Virus record (IMG/VR): IMGVR_UViG_3300034284_000578
Coordinates: 32,001-96,000 of that record
Source: a virus
Direction: 5' to 3' (one strand)
Length of the DNA stretch: 64,000 nt
Within the stretch, counting starts at the first letter, position 1, and every line of letters begins with the position of its first letter. This document shows, in pieces, positions 31,901 to 42,291 of the stretch. The notes under the pieces are model-generated. The model was not told the DNA's origin. It made no database searches and worked only from the letters and a program-made list of their open reading frames with translations. The translations under genes and the position numbers were made by a program.

Positions 31901-34860
31901 TTAATGGTCTTGGATATGAAGGACCAACAGGTGGGGGAATTGTAGTCAGAGAATCTTATAAAGATACTAATGGTAATCTTTTAAGTGTTAAAAATATTCC
32001 GTATTATGTCTCCAAAGTGGATGGAGAACAATATCATAGTACTGCATTTATAGATTGCAGAGGCACTTTAGTTGATGATATTGTTTTCAATAAATTTGTA
32101 ATATTACCACAATCATCTACAATTGGTACTACTCTTGGTGTGTATGCGCCCAGATATGATATTTTGTACATTAATAAAAATGGTTCATTTAAAGTTGCTT
32201 ATGGAACTGCATCGTTTAATCCATCATATCCAGAATTGCCAGAAGATGGAATGATTCTCTATAAGATAAAGAAACCAAGTTATGTTTTTGATAATCAAGC
32301 ACTAACTTTACAATATACAGACAATAGACGCTATACAATGCGCGACATTGGAAAATTGGAAAAGAGAGTACAACAATTAGAAGTATATTCTGCCTTGTCC
32401 TTGTTGGAAAAAGACGCAGATTCACTTTTAGTTGAAGATGTTAATGGTAATAACAGATTTAAAAATGGTATAATTGTAGATCCATTTGAAAACCACAAAA
32501 TTGGTGAAGTTTCTCACGTAGATTATAATGTTGCCGTAGATCCTACAGAAACTTGTCTACGTCCAAAAGCACAAACAGAAAATTTAAAATTGTCATATGT
32601 GACTCCTACAGAGTCTGCAAAATTTATTGAGGTTTTAAATACTAAAACTGGCGTGACCGGAAATGTAAGTAATCCTTCAATATCAACTGGATTGTTTATG
32701 CTTCCATTTACTGAAACGGCATTCGTCGTTCAACCACAAGCAACTCGTGCAATGTCAGTTACTCCATTTGAAACATTAAACCTTGAAGGTACTGTTCGTC
32801 TTTCTCCAAGAGAAGATGACTGGGTAGATACTGAAACTAGACCAGATTTGAATGTAAATCTTGCTGGAGAAAATGATATATGGGAAGATATTTTGGATGA
32901 ACTAAATTCATCTGAAGATGGTCCTTTTGCTTTGAACTTTGGTAATTGGTCTGAATTAAGTAGACAAACTACTTCAAACACAACAACCAATACAACAAGA
33001 AGAGGAAGAAGAAGAACAACAACTAGAACTACAACTACCAATTCAACAATAAGAGAAGAAAGAAATATTACTGGAGAACAACTGCGAACCGGAACTGAAC
33101 AAGTTTCTTTGGGTGATCGGGTTGTGGATGTTTCTTTCATTCCTTATATGAGAGGTAGAAGAATTAAAATAGTAATTACTGGTTTGAAAACCAATGCTAG
33201 ACTATATCCGTTCTTTGACGGTGTTGATGTTTCACAATATTGCTATTTGTATAATACTTTGGGTGCTTTAGATACAGATCTAGCACAAGTTTCTTTGACC
33301 GAAGCGAATAAATTTACAAATACCAATAGTGGGTTTAAGAAATCTTCCGCACAAGGAAATGCTTTTATAATTTTTGATATGCCAACTGGTACTTTTAGAA
33401 CTGGTGATAGAAAATTTACAATTTCAGATAACCAAAATAATGATTTTTCAAGAGCAACTACGTTTGCAACCGGAACATATTCCGCATCTGGTCTTTCTCA
33501 AGTAAGAGAAACAACAAAAGCAACAATTAGAACTTTTGAAACTGAAACAATTAATATAACAGAAGAAAGAGTAAGATCTGAAACGGCTGTAAATGTTCAA
33601 ACAACAACTGTTCGTGTAGATCCTTTGGCACAAACATTTACAATAAATCCAGAACTCTATCCAAATGGAATATTTTTAAGTAGCATTGATGTTTTCTTTG
33701 CAAGAAAACCCGATAATTCTACAAACATTCCAGTAAAGGTAGAAGTAAGACCAACTGTAAATGCATTCCCAGATGCATATAAAATTTATCCCGGTGGTAT
33801 CTCTATACTTCACCCAAGTCAAGTTAATGTTTCAGATACACCATCTGCTAACAATTCCGCAACAGCAACAAGATTTAATTTTGAAACTCCGGTATATCTT
33901 GAACCGGGTGAGCATTGCTTTATTGTAAGGTCAACAACAGATGAATATGAAATTTATGTTGCAGAAATAGGTCAAACATTAGTTAATAGTACACAAAGAG
34001 TAACAGAACAACCATATGTTGGTGTTTTCTTCAGTTCTTCAAATGCAACTACTTGGTTGCCACAACCAGCAATGGATATGATGATGGTACTCAATAAGTG
34101 TGAATTTACCCCAAATCAAACATATACTTTTGCATGTAAAACAAATGTTGCCGGAAAAGATGTAAAATATGAGTTATTGAATCTAAATAATGCTTATCAA
34201 GAATTTGATGTTTCAAAACTTTTCTGGAGAATAAGTGATAATAATACATTAAATGGAACATATTCTCCAATTAATGCAAATGAAAACGTTAAATACACCT
34301 CCACAAAAACATTACTAGATGGTGAATCTTTATACTTCAAGGCAACAGCATTAACTACAAGTAAAGATGTTTGCCCAATTGTTAACACCGAAAGAATGAG
34401 TGCATTCTTGGTAAAGAATTTGATAGAAAATAACAGCTCCACACAAACCAATGGAGAATTGAATCCATATGCAAATGATTTTGGTGATATAAAGAGAACT
34501 AGATATATTACAAAAATAGTAACTCTTGAAGAAGGATTTGAATCTACTGGATTTAAATTAATACTATCTGTAAATAAGCCTGTTGGTACAAAAATAAAAG
34601 CATTCTTAAAGTATCAACCAGCAGAACAAACAAAAACATTCCACGAAAATCCATATGTTGAACTTGTTCCTGATATGGGTTCTTCAGCATTTGATAGTTT
34701 CTTTACAAGAACAGAAGAAGAATATGTCGATGTTCAATTTGCTTTACCAGTAGACTCTTCTTCGCCATATAATAAATTTGCTATAAAACTGTGTTTGTTT
34801 AGTGATAATCCTGCGTTTGTACCAAAAATACAAGATTTAAGAGGAATTGCTGTTCTATGA
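28981..34860 (+). CDS. VrlC/DUF4815-like structural protein, C-terminal part
   Basis: NRRYTMRDIGKLEKRV..LE.Y.ALSLLE, NRFKNGIIVDPF, IPYMR.R, FRTGDRKF, DPLAQTF, AT.FNFETPVYL, FAIKL...PKIQDLRGIA. Confidence 0.85.
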   Translation: MALTTETDNGYKNGLSNELMRVSGETSQATYTASCFSDKVPDVIRINFLDPFRGNFRTAYDPTRTNLDESLDGQRGFREEIFLEATSQGNYDILKHFRVKQIDGLTGNVVAEGIPLRWVPPSADGRGGTLFIKVLYQDLPNPTTFNQANGVIYCDAIDQFTYGGKTYSGNPISVGTTIKSIQTVSNVYKLTSVEAYNSAPSTLPCVGGTEGVITLGKGIYQSGQRVVLKELLAANGSPCTSSFSGTGVVISSTIDTLSQKVSVFVEFDQPLNDTAGENGNCSNCTNTSERLVLCTGDASGSCLSSCCIYSIDNVRKISTPECGTVQKIYFSDEIAETGEFVPGRELYQWKYENCGNHPGNAAFYTTKQADAQSKIVGEYLNWDTATKVLYVLCPNSIMQIKYGNVYQLTETGTLLSRGSGISPTSKFERRTGSFVNLRNTTETPTYISGREYQQVWDSTSGGELLVQTLTSTSTSYNTNYEYVIGETVLQALTEDFDGNVVGYAAGTVVDWQPNTTALDSVPSILTIKRKKIGTENPLFIDTNDPLIPATTELARFRFGTNLAPTTTGTLLKNTKRNILPLRVFETVNTTGNIATDWYDFSSENVVQNSTTTELTDTVVVASIGTIAKGSSIGSTRIKAIKLNAGNVYDISLMNTNIFYNEPVSFKDVTQIGKSNILTNTTGVSYSSIEPVIEVQQDYISGEYVTRIFNPTSDKQIIPLPAGDVIENVTSGSGNFGSTLLTIQQIFDVNFPSNSAEVFIEGNINGAEFPSTFSTTYSFAIDQLGNSLNLVKYNNLAAANAEPSDNNTLYYDVIVADDANVGIKFKKKSTSTVTSIIFGSEVKCSASNVIKEKRQKTFNATTYLTYNTSGPFKDKWTAIIPITGAIDVYKLNSVFGVSGTSSLTIITNNVKDWFGISKETDDYLYKPSILVLNGNGVTTNTNTDPNQGPITPTVPTFGLFEREGLTENYRVKIRVNGLGYEGPTGGGIVVRESYKDTNGNLLSVKNIPYYVSKVDGEQYHSTAFIDCRGTLVDDIVFNKFVILPQSSTIGTTLGVYAPRYDILYINKNGSFKVAYGTASFNPSYPELPEDGMILYKIKKPSYVFDNQALTLQYTDNRRYTMRDIGKLEKRVQQLEVYSALSLLEKDADSLLVEDVNGNNRFKNGIIVDPFENHKIGEVSHVDYNVAVDPTETCLRPKAQTENLKLSYVTPTESAKFIEVLNTKTGVTGNVSNPSISTGLFMLPFTETAFVVQPQATRAMSVTPFETLNLEGTVRLSPREDDWVDTETRPDLNVNLAGENDIWEDILDELNSSEDGPFALNFGNWSELSRQTTSNTTTNTTRRGRRRTTTRTTTTNSTIREERNITGEQLRTGTEQVSLGDRVVDVSFIPYMRGRRIKIVITGLKTNARLYPFFDGVDVSQYCYLYNTLGALDTDLAQVSLTEANKFTNTNSGFKKSSAQGNAFIIFDMPTGTFRTGDRKFTISDNQNNDFSRATTFATGTYSASGLSQVRETTKATIRTFETETINITEERVRSETAVNVQTTTVRVDPLAQTFTINPELYPNGIFLSSIDVFFARKPDNSTNIPVKVEVRPTVNAFPDAYKIYPGGISILHPSQVNVSDTPSANNSATATRFNFETPVYLEPGEHCFIVRSTTDEYEIYVAEIGQTLVNSTQRVTEQPYVGVFFSSSNATTWLPQPAMDMMMVLNKCEFTPNQTYTFACKTNVAGKDVKYELLNLNNAYQEFDVSKLFWRISDNNTLNGTYSPINANENVKYTSTKTLLDGESLYFKATALTTSKDVCPIVNTERMSAFLVKNLIENNSSTQTNGELNPYANDFGDIKRTRYITKIVTLEEGFESTGFKLILSVNKPVGTKIKAFLKYQPAEQTKTFHENPYVELVPDMGSSAFDSFFTRTEEEYVDVQFALPVDSSSPYNKFAIKLCLFSDNPAFVPKIQDLRGIAVL

Positions 34861-35054
34861 GCGAAATACCAATAACTGGTAGAGACGATCTAAAGAGAGA
34901 TCGTAAAACTGGAGCAGTTTTATCATGTGATCGAAATAAACTAATGGAAGCAAAAAGAATTAAGCGAGAAAACGATAGATATATAACATTAGAAAAAAGA
35001 GTTAGAGAATTAGAAAATATAATTCAATCATTACTAAAAGGCAATAACAAATGA
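34857..35054 (+). CDS. Small conserved coiled-coil protein following the VrlC-like gene
   Basis: LKRDRKTGAVL motif then coiled coil; ATGA overlap with both neighbours. Confidence 0.75.
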   Translation: MSEIPITGRDDLKRDRKTGAVLSCDRNKLMEAKRIKRENDRYITLEKRVRELENIIQSLLKGNNK

Positions 35055-38000
35055 GTGCATTCAGAGAACCAGTATTTGATTTAGATACACTAACAAATTC
35101 AGATACAGTAATCACTTGGTTGAATCGCACAAACCAATTAATTAATGGTTTGAATTCTTTATATGTGGTTGATATCTTTGATGGTGATGGTATATGCACT
35201 ACTCGCGCTGATGGTATTGTTACCATTAACATTGATCCTGGTCCGGGTATTGGGTTCACTGTTGGGAATGAATTAACAATAAAATTTAATGGAGTAACTG
35301 AACTTACTAGTGCTTCTACCGTTTCTCCAACTCTTGGGACGGACTATGCTTTAATTGAAAGATCTGGAAGTCTTCTAAAGGTAAAATTGGATTCTCTTTT
35401 ACCACCAACACTAAAGCACACTCACACATTTGAACAAAGTTTAAATATTCAAGGACAACAATTAACTTTAGCATCTTCTCAATCTGTAATAGGAAGTAGT
35501 GCAAATAATTGGTTTGCCATTCTTAAAGCAAATGGAAATAGCATAGGTGAATCATCAAATGCTTATATAAAATTTGGTGGATTTAATAACAGTTGGTTCG
35601 TTGGCACTAATTTTACATTTGAAAATAACTATGGAATATTTTCAAATTATGTGACAGAATCAAATACTCAAGCAAATTTTAATTTCTGCACACAAGATTT
35701 GCCGGGTTCAAATCTTTCTACAAACGATGACGATCTTTCTGTAAGCATATTGTCTTTAAATTTTAACGTAGGTGCAGCACCAACAGATTGGAAGTATGGT
35801 GCTATTGGTGAAACTGCAACAACAACTTGGCCAGCAACTTGGAAATTAAAATTTGCAGAATCTCTTGCAGGATTTTACTTCTATGATGCAGATTCTACTG
35901 ATTTAGATCAACCAATTTTGACTTTGCAAAAGTTGGGTGCTTATGACAATTTAGTTAATATTAATGGTAAAATTTATATTACCGACATAGAAAATTCTTC
36001 ACAATTTATTTCTTCTCCATCTGGAGCAAATAAAGTAGTTTTAACTGGTTCTGATGGACAAGTAAATAAAAAGTTTACAAACAGAATAGTCACTACAGAT
36101 TATGTGTCTTTGTCTGAAGGTGATATCGTATATGTTGGAACAATTACAGACGGAGATATAACTTATGCAAAAGCACAAGCATCACCAGCAGGAAACTATG
36201 ACATAGTTGGTATAGTTGAATCTGTAATAGGTGGTCAAGCCACAATAGTTTTAAATGGTGAATTTGAGTTTAATTCAATAACAAGTCTTGAACCAGGCAT
36301 TAAATATTACCTTTCCCAAAGCACTGCTGGTGATTTCGTGGAGGAAGGAACATACAGTTCTGGAATAATTAAACCCGTATTTGTTGCAATTTCGGATAAA
36401 AAAGGTGTTTTGATTACATCGTTTACTCCCGAAAATGCAAATATAGATCAAATTACTATTTTCAATAGTTCCGATTCTAGCACAGAGAGTTTGGAGATTG
36501 ATGAACCAAATTATAATTTGACTCTCGTTGGTGGTCAAAATATTAAACTTGACATCAATACAGATAATGAAATTGAAATTCGCGTAGAAGGTTTGGCTGG
36601 TGCACAAGACACATTTAAGATCATACAAGTAAATGGTGTGGGTTCTGATGGAGATGGACAAGTAGTTTCAGCAAATCCAGATGACGTTATATCGTTTACT
36701 AGTAGCACACTTAAAATAGAAGCAAATAATACAACTAAAACTATTAATTTTGAAGGGCAAAACAGTTTTAGCAGCGTAATCTTTACAGATGCAGATTCTG
36801 CTATTACATATACCGCCGAAGTACCTTCAGATACATTACAATTTATTGCAGGACCCGGAATAACATTTACACACAATACAGATGATTCTATTATCATAAC
36901 AGCATCTGTTACTGGTGGTGTTGCTACAAGTAATATCAACTATGATGCAAGATACCAAGTATTGGCAAGCGGAAATACAACAACTGCTTCAACTGTAAGT
37001 TTATTGGGTAGTGGAACTGGTTCATTCGTATCTAATTTGGGTGCCAGTTATGATGATGTTTCTCTAGCATTAGAGCCTGCAAAAACAATAACATATACCA
37101 CTAGTGGAATATACACTTACGATTCTTCGAGTTATGATGTTGACTCCGGAGGATTCTGGCCAACAGATACGCTTGGTAAATATCTACCCTCGGAACTTGC
37201 TGGTTTCGTTGTTGGTAGAATAACACCAAGTGCAAATAGTACATCAGTGTTCCCCTCTTCTTCGATACAAAGACTGGGAAGAAACGCATTACGTTTCTTG
37301 ATGGGTATTGCTCCAACAGGATATATTGACAATATAAGCAGTGTATACAGCAAATGGACAATAGATGGTGGTTCTAATTACATTACCGCAGCTGATAAAA
37401 ATGGTGCAATTTTCTTTGAAGCAGGAACTGGAATTTCTTTATCAAATCCAGGCTCTCCAAATAGAATAGTAATAACAAATACTGGAGTTGCACAAAACGC
37501 ATTTGCTAAGGTAAACATTAAGAATAAAAATGGTACTACTTTAGATAGTTTTGACGCAAATACTTCTAGTGATAACTTTACATTAAAATCTGGTCAATTT
37601 ATATCAATAACATCAGACACAAATAATGATACTGCTATTTTTGATTTAAATATATCAGACGATTATGTGTTGCTTGGAAATCCCGGAACAACAGATGGAA
37701 TGAGCGCAATTTCAGTTTCCTCTAACTCTTTTGTTGGAAGAGTTGGCAGTGGACCAATTGAAGCAATAACAAATTCAGATTTGGCATGGACAACAGGGGC
37801 TGGAACTTCTACAGCACCATCTTTACAAATGCCATATTTTGGTTTAATTGAAGTTGGTACTGGTGGTTCTCCTACTTATTTAAATGCACTAGGGGCAAAC
37901 AAAGGAAAACTTACATTTAGTGCTGGTACAAATATTAGTTTTACCGCAAATGACGCAACAAATACTATAACTATAAATTCACTTGGAGGTTCAACTCAAC

Positions 38001-39655
38001 CAACACCAACTATACGTCAAATTATTGTTGGTACTGGAGGAGTCAACACTGTTGATGCTAATTTAACTTCTTTAGCATTCAAAACTGGTGCTGGTTTAAC
38101 TGCTACTGGTACTTACGATTCAACAGCAAAAGAATTAACTGTAAATTATGCTTTATCTCCTATAGGACCAAATTCAATTTTAGCAAATGCTACATCCCTT
38201 GGCGCTGTACCATCCACAATAACAATAAGTCCAAATACTTTCTTAGGACGCGCATCATCGGGCGATATGCAGGCAATTCCTGTTAGTGGAGCAGGAACAA
38301 CAGTTAGAAGTATGTTGGGTATAAGTTGGTTTAATAATATTGGTACACAAAATTTCTCAGAACCAAGTCCAAATTTAAGTACTGCGGTGGCAACAAATGG
38401 TGAAACTTTGTTGTTTAGAAACACGGATGGAACCGCAACTTTAACAACTACAGCAGTTTCTGGTACAAAAACTATAGGAATATCTACAAAAACTCTTCTT
38501 TTTACTGATGCAACCCCAAGATTTGCATCAGCAAGTACTCTTATGAGTGCAACTTCTTTTGGTACAGAAGTATATTACGGTAATCTGACATCAGGCTTAG
38601 GCTCAACAACAACAAAACAAAATTATTATTATCTTGAATATTTTAATGCTAAACCAGGCGGTGAACAAACTGATATTCTTTCCAAAGAATATAGATTTAA
38701 TGCAATAGGTAATTTTGATGATGACAATACAATAGAAATAACTTCAGCATTAGCCGGAAGAACTGCAATATCCTATGTCTTCAATAATGCAGTAACTGAA
38801 ATTGTGTATACTGATGCTTATACACTAAATGTTAAAACTTACAATAGTTCGAGTGCTTTACAAAATGGGACATTTACTGCTTTAGCAAGTAACATTACAT
38901 TGAATTCTGAAAATGACATAGCATTTTCTGGTTCTGGTCGGAGTGTGACTCTAAACTCTAAACAAATTAGATCTACTTCTAATATTGTTGACATAGGAAC
39001 ATCAGGCGCATACGCAAAACTCCGTTCTGTAAATTTTACAGGGACAGCAACCGAAGACCTTCTTTTTATAGCAGATGAAGTGTTTGTATTATCATTTCAA
39101 CCATTTTCTGGTACTGAAACCGCCGGGTTATATTTTCAAGATACCGCCCCAACAGTGAAAATATTTGGATCACCGGATTCTGGCACCAATAAAATTACAT
39201 TTGATATTAATATTGATTTTGGTGTTGTTGCGGGTACAACTAGAACTATTAATTTTGCAAATGCAACGGTTACAGGATTGTCTGTAAGCACCCACTCTGA
39301 TACACATAGATGGGCGCAAGATGAATTGTTTGATAGTAACGGTGGTAGCGCGGCCGCAGATGCAATTCAAGCATGGGAAGTTGGTGCTGTTGCAAGAGGT
39401 AAACCAGTCCTCCTAAATACCATTGCAATAGCAAATACAGATGGTAAGTATAATTTTGATTTGAATGCAGTGGCAACAAAAGATCTATTATACAGTGGTA
39501 CGACTACATATAATACCACAAACTATTCTGTAACAATTACAGATCCAAATAGAGGACCACTGTATTTGGTAGTACCAAATGGCACAGATCCAACTGCTGG
39601 CGGGGCACCTATTGGACCACCCGGACAAATTATCTTTGTAAGAAAGCAACCTTAA
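35051..39655 (+). CDS. Long tail fibre / fibritin-like structural protein
   Basis: N-terminal DTVITWLNRTNQ attachment motif; cement-like domain (GDIVYV..AKAQA..VGIV..LEPGIKYYLS); about five ~50-aa repeats (F..I.V....A....D.L.F.AG..I.I); G/S/T-rich. Confidence 0.75.
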   Translation: MSAFREPVFDLDTLTNSDTVITWLNRTNQLINGLNSLYVVDIFDGDGICTTRADGIVTINIDPGPGIGFTVGNELTIKFNGVTELTSASTVSPTLGTDYALIERSGSLLKVKLDSLLPPTLKHTHTFEQSLNIQGQQLTLASSQSVIGSSANNWFAILKANGNSIGESSNAYIKFGGFNNSWFVGTNFTFENNYGIFSNYVTESNTQANFNFCTQDLPGSNLSTNDDDLSVSILSLNFNVGAAPTDWKYGAIGETATTTWPATWKLKFAESLAGFYFYDADSTDLDQPILTLQKLGAYDNLVNINGKIYITDIENSSQFISSPSGANKVVLTGSDGQVNKKFTNRIVTTDYVSLSEGDIVYVGTITDGDITYAKAQASPAGNYDIVGIVESVIGGQATIVLNGEFEFNSITSLEPGIKYYLSQSTAGDFVEEGTYSSGIIKPVFVAISDKKGVLITSFTPENANIDQITIFNSSDSSTESLEIDEPNYNLTLVGGQNIKLDINTDNEIEIRVEGLAGAQDTFKIIQVNGVGSDGDGQVVSANPDDVISFTSSTLKIEANNTTKTINFEGQNSFSSVIFTDADSAITYTAEVPSDTLQFIAGPGITFTHNTDDSIIITASVTGGVATSNINYDARYQVLASGNTTTASTVSLLGSGTGSFVSNLGASYDDVSLALEPAKTITYTTSGIYTYDSSSYDVDSGGFWPTDTLGKYLPSELAGFVVGRITPSANSTSVFPSSSIQRLGRNALRFLMGIAPTGYIDNISSVYSKWTIDGGSNYITAADKNGAIFFEAGTGISLSNPGSPNRIVITNTGVAQNAFAKVNIKNKNGTTLDSFDANTSSDNFTLKSGQFISITSDTNNDTAIFDLNISDDYVLLGNPGTTDGMSAISVSSNSFVGRVGSGPIEAITNSDLAWTTGAGTSTAPSLQMPYFGLIEVGTGGSPTYLNALGANKGKLTFSAGTNISFTANDATNTITINSLGGSTQPTPTIRQIIVGTGGVNTVDANLTSLAFKTGAGLTATGTYDSTAKELTVNYALSPIGPNSILANATSLGAVPSTITISPNTFLGRASSGDMQAIPVSGAGTTVRSMLGISWFNNIGTQNFSEPSPNLSTAVATNGETLLFRNTDGTATLTTTAVSGTKTIGISTKTLLFTDATPRFASASTLMSATSFGTEVYYGNLTSGLGSTTTKQNYYYLEYFNAKPGGEQTDILSKEYRFNAIGNFDDDNTIEITSALAGRTAISYVFNNAVTEIVYTDAYTLNVKTYNSSSALQNGTFTALASNITLNSENDIAFSGSGRSVTLNSKQIRSTSNIVDIGTSGAYAKLRSVNFTGTATEDLLFIADEVFVLSFQPFSGTETAGLYFQDTAPTVKIFGSPDSGTNKITFDINIDFGVVAGTTRTINFANATVTGLSVSTHSDTHRWAQDELFDSNGGSAAADAIQAWEVGAVARGKPVLLNTIAIANTDGKYNFDLNAVATKDLLYSGTTTYNTTNYSVTITDPNRGPLYLVVPNGTDPTAGGAPIGPPGQIIFVRKQP

Positions 39656-39657
39656 TT

Positions 39658-42240
39658 ATGTTTGTTAGAGATAACTCAAATAACCCAAGAGAAATTTCTA
39701 GAATTTTTGTACGTGATGCTTCTGGAACTCCACAAGAAATTTCTAAAATTTATGTTAGAGATGCAAGTGGTGTACCAAAGTTAGTATTTGATAATACCGT
39801 AACCACTGTGCCTTCATTGTGTAGTGATTGTGATGTTGGTTATGTTTATTATTATAATACAGGCATTTCAACAACAGCGAGTGTTGTTACTAGTAACATC
39901 AATGTTACTACAAAAACACGGCTGCTTCAGATCGCGCCAACAATTACATGTTCTGGAAATTTGACGATTTCAACCGGAGCAAGACCAGCCCTAAATCCAA
40001 TTAGAACTTTAGATAAAACTTATTGGAAAAAAACATCACTATCCTATAATTATATTAAAACATATTTAGAAAATAATAATATAGAAACAAACGAAGATTT
40101 AGCTTCTTCAATATATTTTCAAACTCTTGAACAATCTTTATTGTGTAATTCTTCAACTTGTTTTTGTAATTGGTTTGATAGTACATTTATTGGGCCTATT
40201 CTTTCCCAAACATCATCGTCCACGCAACCAATTTTTGGATATGCCGGTGACGTAACCAATGCGTTTTGGACAGCATTACAAGATGGATATGCTCCATTAA
40301 TAAATTATCCCATATTACCCGGATTCATATTAATAGATTATAAGACTTCTAATTTTAAAAGCACAATAGTTTCTCGCATAAGCAGACCGAGATATAAATG
40401 GACAGATCATGGCAGAACTGTGACTGTTTTAGATGACGATGGTATTGAAGAAGAAACATATATACCCACCGGCGCCTACGATCAAAGATATGCTCCCGGA
40501 GGTACGTGCTTAACCGGTTCAGCTCAAGTTGCTGCAACTAGAGACAGTTCAATATATCCATACTATGATCGTTTTGTACTACTTGATGTAGATTTAAGTA
40601 CAATAGGAAATTTTAATTCAGTTGGTGGAAATAGATCTTATCTAGATTTACCATGCGGACAAGAATATTGTGTTACTTTATTTGATCAAGAATTTTATAG
40701 AACATGGGCCCACGGGACATGTTGGAATTTTGGTAACGGCGGTACACAAGAATTTATATGGGCAATAGGAAATAATAATAATTTTCCAGCAACTGTAAGT
40801 TGTGCTAATTCTGGATCATATGGAGCACCTTGGACAAATACACAAATTTCACTTGGTACATTAGGAACAACATCCGGGTTTGGTGGGGATTGTGCGGTTT
40901 TCGTTGATAGAGATCAAATAACCATAGATGGTGTTGGACAATATTATAACCCATATTCATATTTGTTAATTGCTGACAATTCTGCAACAGATCGAACAAT
41001 TCCAGTTTTGACTGCGGCAAGTGATTTACAGGATTGCTGCACTAACTGTTTCTATGGTCCTGTGACTGATGACACAACAACAGAAGATATGTGTCGTGAA
41101 ATATACCAAATACCACCAATTAATACACAAAATCCTAATGGTGCTAATTTAAAATTTTTTGAAGATGTTAGTACACTCATTGCGCTTAATACGGAAAACG
41201 AAAACCAAACTGCAAGCGCAAAGGTTAGATTTACTTTGCCATTATATTTGACTTTACCGGAATTCGATACTCTTATTGTAAAATTAAAAAATCTAACAGA
41301 TACTCAACTTGACGATTTTATTAATGGTGGAGATTTTAATTACAATGGAACACAATCAATAAAAGACTTAGTTGGTGTAACTTTGTCTGGAAAAGATTTA
41401 GTTTTATGGAAAGCACTGTGCGATATACTTGGTTTTAATTTATTTACAAGAGATCCATTAAATACGGGTGGAATACCACTATCTTCACATAGTTTTCAAT
41501 ATGAAGAAAATCGTTGGCCTGTTACAGTCAGTGGTTCGTGCATTCCGGCATCAGTCCCCTATCAACGGGGTCCTCTAAGCTCAGGATTTAGTGGTTCTCA
41601 ACAATTAATTGGTATTACGACCGCAACAAATGCTGCTGCTCTGGGTCAATTTCCAATACTGAAATGGAACATTTTTGGATTTCCAACTACTGATACAACA
41701 CACTATGTTGTTTTTGAAATGATAGCAAGTGGAAATAGATGTATATCTGCTGCAATAAATTTAAATACTATTCGAAATAATAATAGAAATTTAAGAGCAG
41801 CACTAAAAGGAATAACATTACAACCTGTAAATTTTGCATGTGAAAATCTTAAAAAATCTAAAGTTCCAATTAGTGGTAGTTCTTCGTTAGAGCCAAAAAC
41901 TTATAAATTTGCTCACCCTGTTTTTATTGATTCACTCGTAAGAAGCAACAATTTAAATATATCTATTTACGATAATTTTAAATCAAATGTGACACCTCCG
42001 GGATTAACAATTGATCAGGGGGGTACAGAATCTGGATCGTGGTCTACACTTTCTGGAACCACCTCTAATGAGTTTAAATATAAATTTTTGGTATTTGCAA
42101 GATCTACAGATTTAACAAATACCGCCCCAATTGCCCACTATTCATGTTTGATGCTTAGGCCGTTTACAACTTATAAAGCATTTTTAGATAAATATTACCC
42201 ACTAGAAAAGTTTACAACAACTGATGGTATTCCAGATTGA
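39658..42240 (+). CDS. Putative fibre tip / adhesin-like protein, Cys-rich, with 3x 15-aa N-terminal repeat
   Basis: MFVRDNSNNPREISR-IFVRDASGTPQEISK-IYVRDASGVPKLVF; starts 2 nt after the fibre gene stop. Confidence 0.5.
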   Translation: MFVRDNSNNPREISRIFVRDASGTPQEISKIYVRDASGVPKLVFDNTVTTVPSLCSDCDVGYVYYYNTGISTTASVVTSNINVTTKTRLLQIAPTITCSGNLTISTGARPALNPIRTLDKTYWKKTSLSYNYIKTYLENNNIETNEDLASSIYFQTLEQSLLCNSSTCFCNWFDSTFIGPILSQTSSSTQPIFGYAGDVTNAFWTALQDGYAPLINYPILPGFILIDYKTSNFKSTIVSRISRPRYKWTDHGRTVTVLDDDGIEEETYIPTGAYDQRYAPGGTCLTGSAQVAATRDSSIYPYYDRFVLLDVDLSTIGNFNSVGGNRSYLDLPCGQEYCVTLFDQEFYRTWAHGTCWNFGNGGTQEFIWAIGNNNNFPATVSCANSGSYGAPWTNTQISLGTLGTTSGFGGDCAVFVDRDQITIDGVGQYYNPYSYLLIADNSATDRTIPVLTAASDLQDCCTNCFYGPVTDDTTTEDMCREIYQIPPINTQNPNGANLKFFEDVSTLIALNTENENQTASAKVRFTLPLYLTLPEFDTLIVKLKNLTDTQLDDFINGGDFNYNGTQSIKDLVGVTLSGKDLVLWKALCDILGFNLFTRDPLNTGGIPLSSHSFQYEENRWPVTVSGSCIPASVPYQRGPLSSGFSGSQQLIGITTATNAAALGQFPILKWNIFGFPTTDTTHYVVFEMIASGNRCISAAINLNTIRNNNRNLRAALKGITLQPVNFACENLKKSKVPISGSSSLEPKTYKFAHPVFIDSLVRSNNLNISIYDNFKSNVTPPGLTIDQGGTESGSWSTLSGTTSNEFKYKFLVFARSTDLTNTAPIAHYSCLMLRPFTTYKAFLDKYYPLEKFTTTDGIPD

Positions 42241-42265
42241 CATTTATTTTTATTGACTATATAAT
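42237..42265 (+). promoter_or_regulatory. Perfect sigma70-type promoter TTGACA-N17-TATAAT
   Basis: TTGACA 42237-42242, 17-nt spacer, TATAAT 42260-42265; followed by AAGGAG SD and ATG 42292. Confidence 0.85.
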
Positions 42266-42291
42266 GTACCTGACTTTATAAAGGAGAAATT

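Noticed and set aside
35051-42240. Diversity-generating retroelement or invertible tail-fibre cassette
   Set aside because: No reverse transcriptase, invertase or template/variable repeat pair detected by eye in this window
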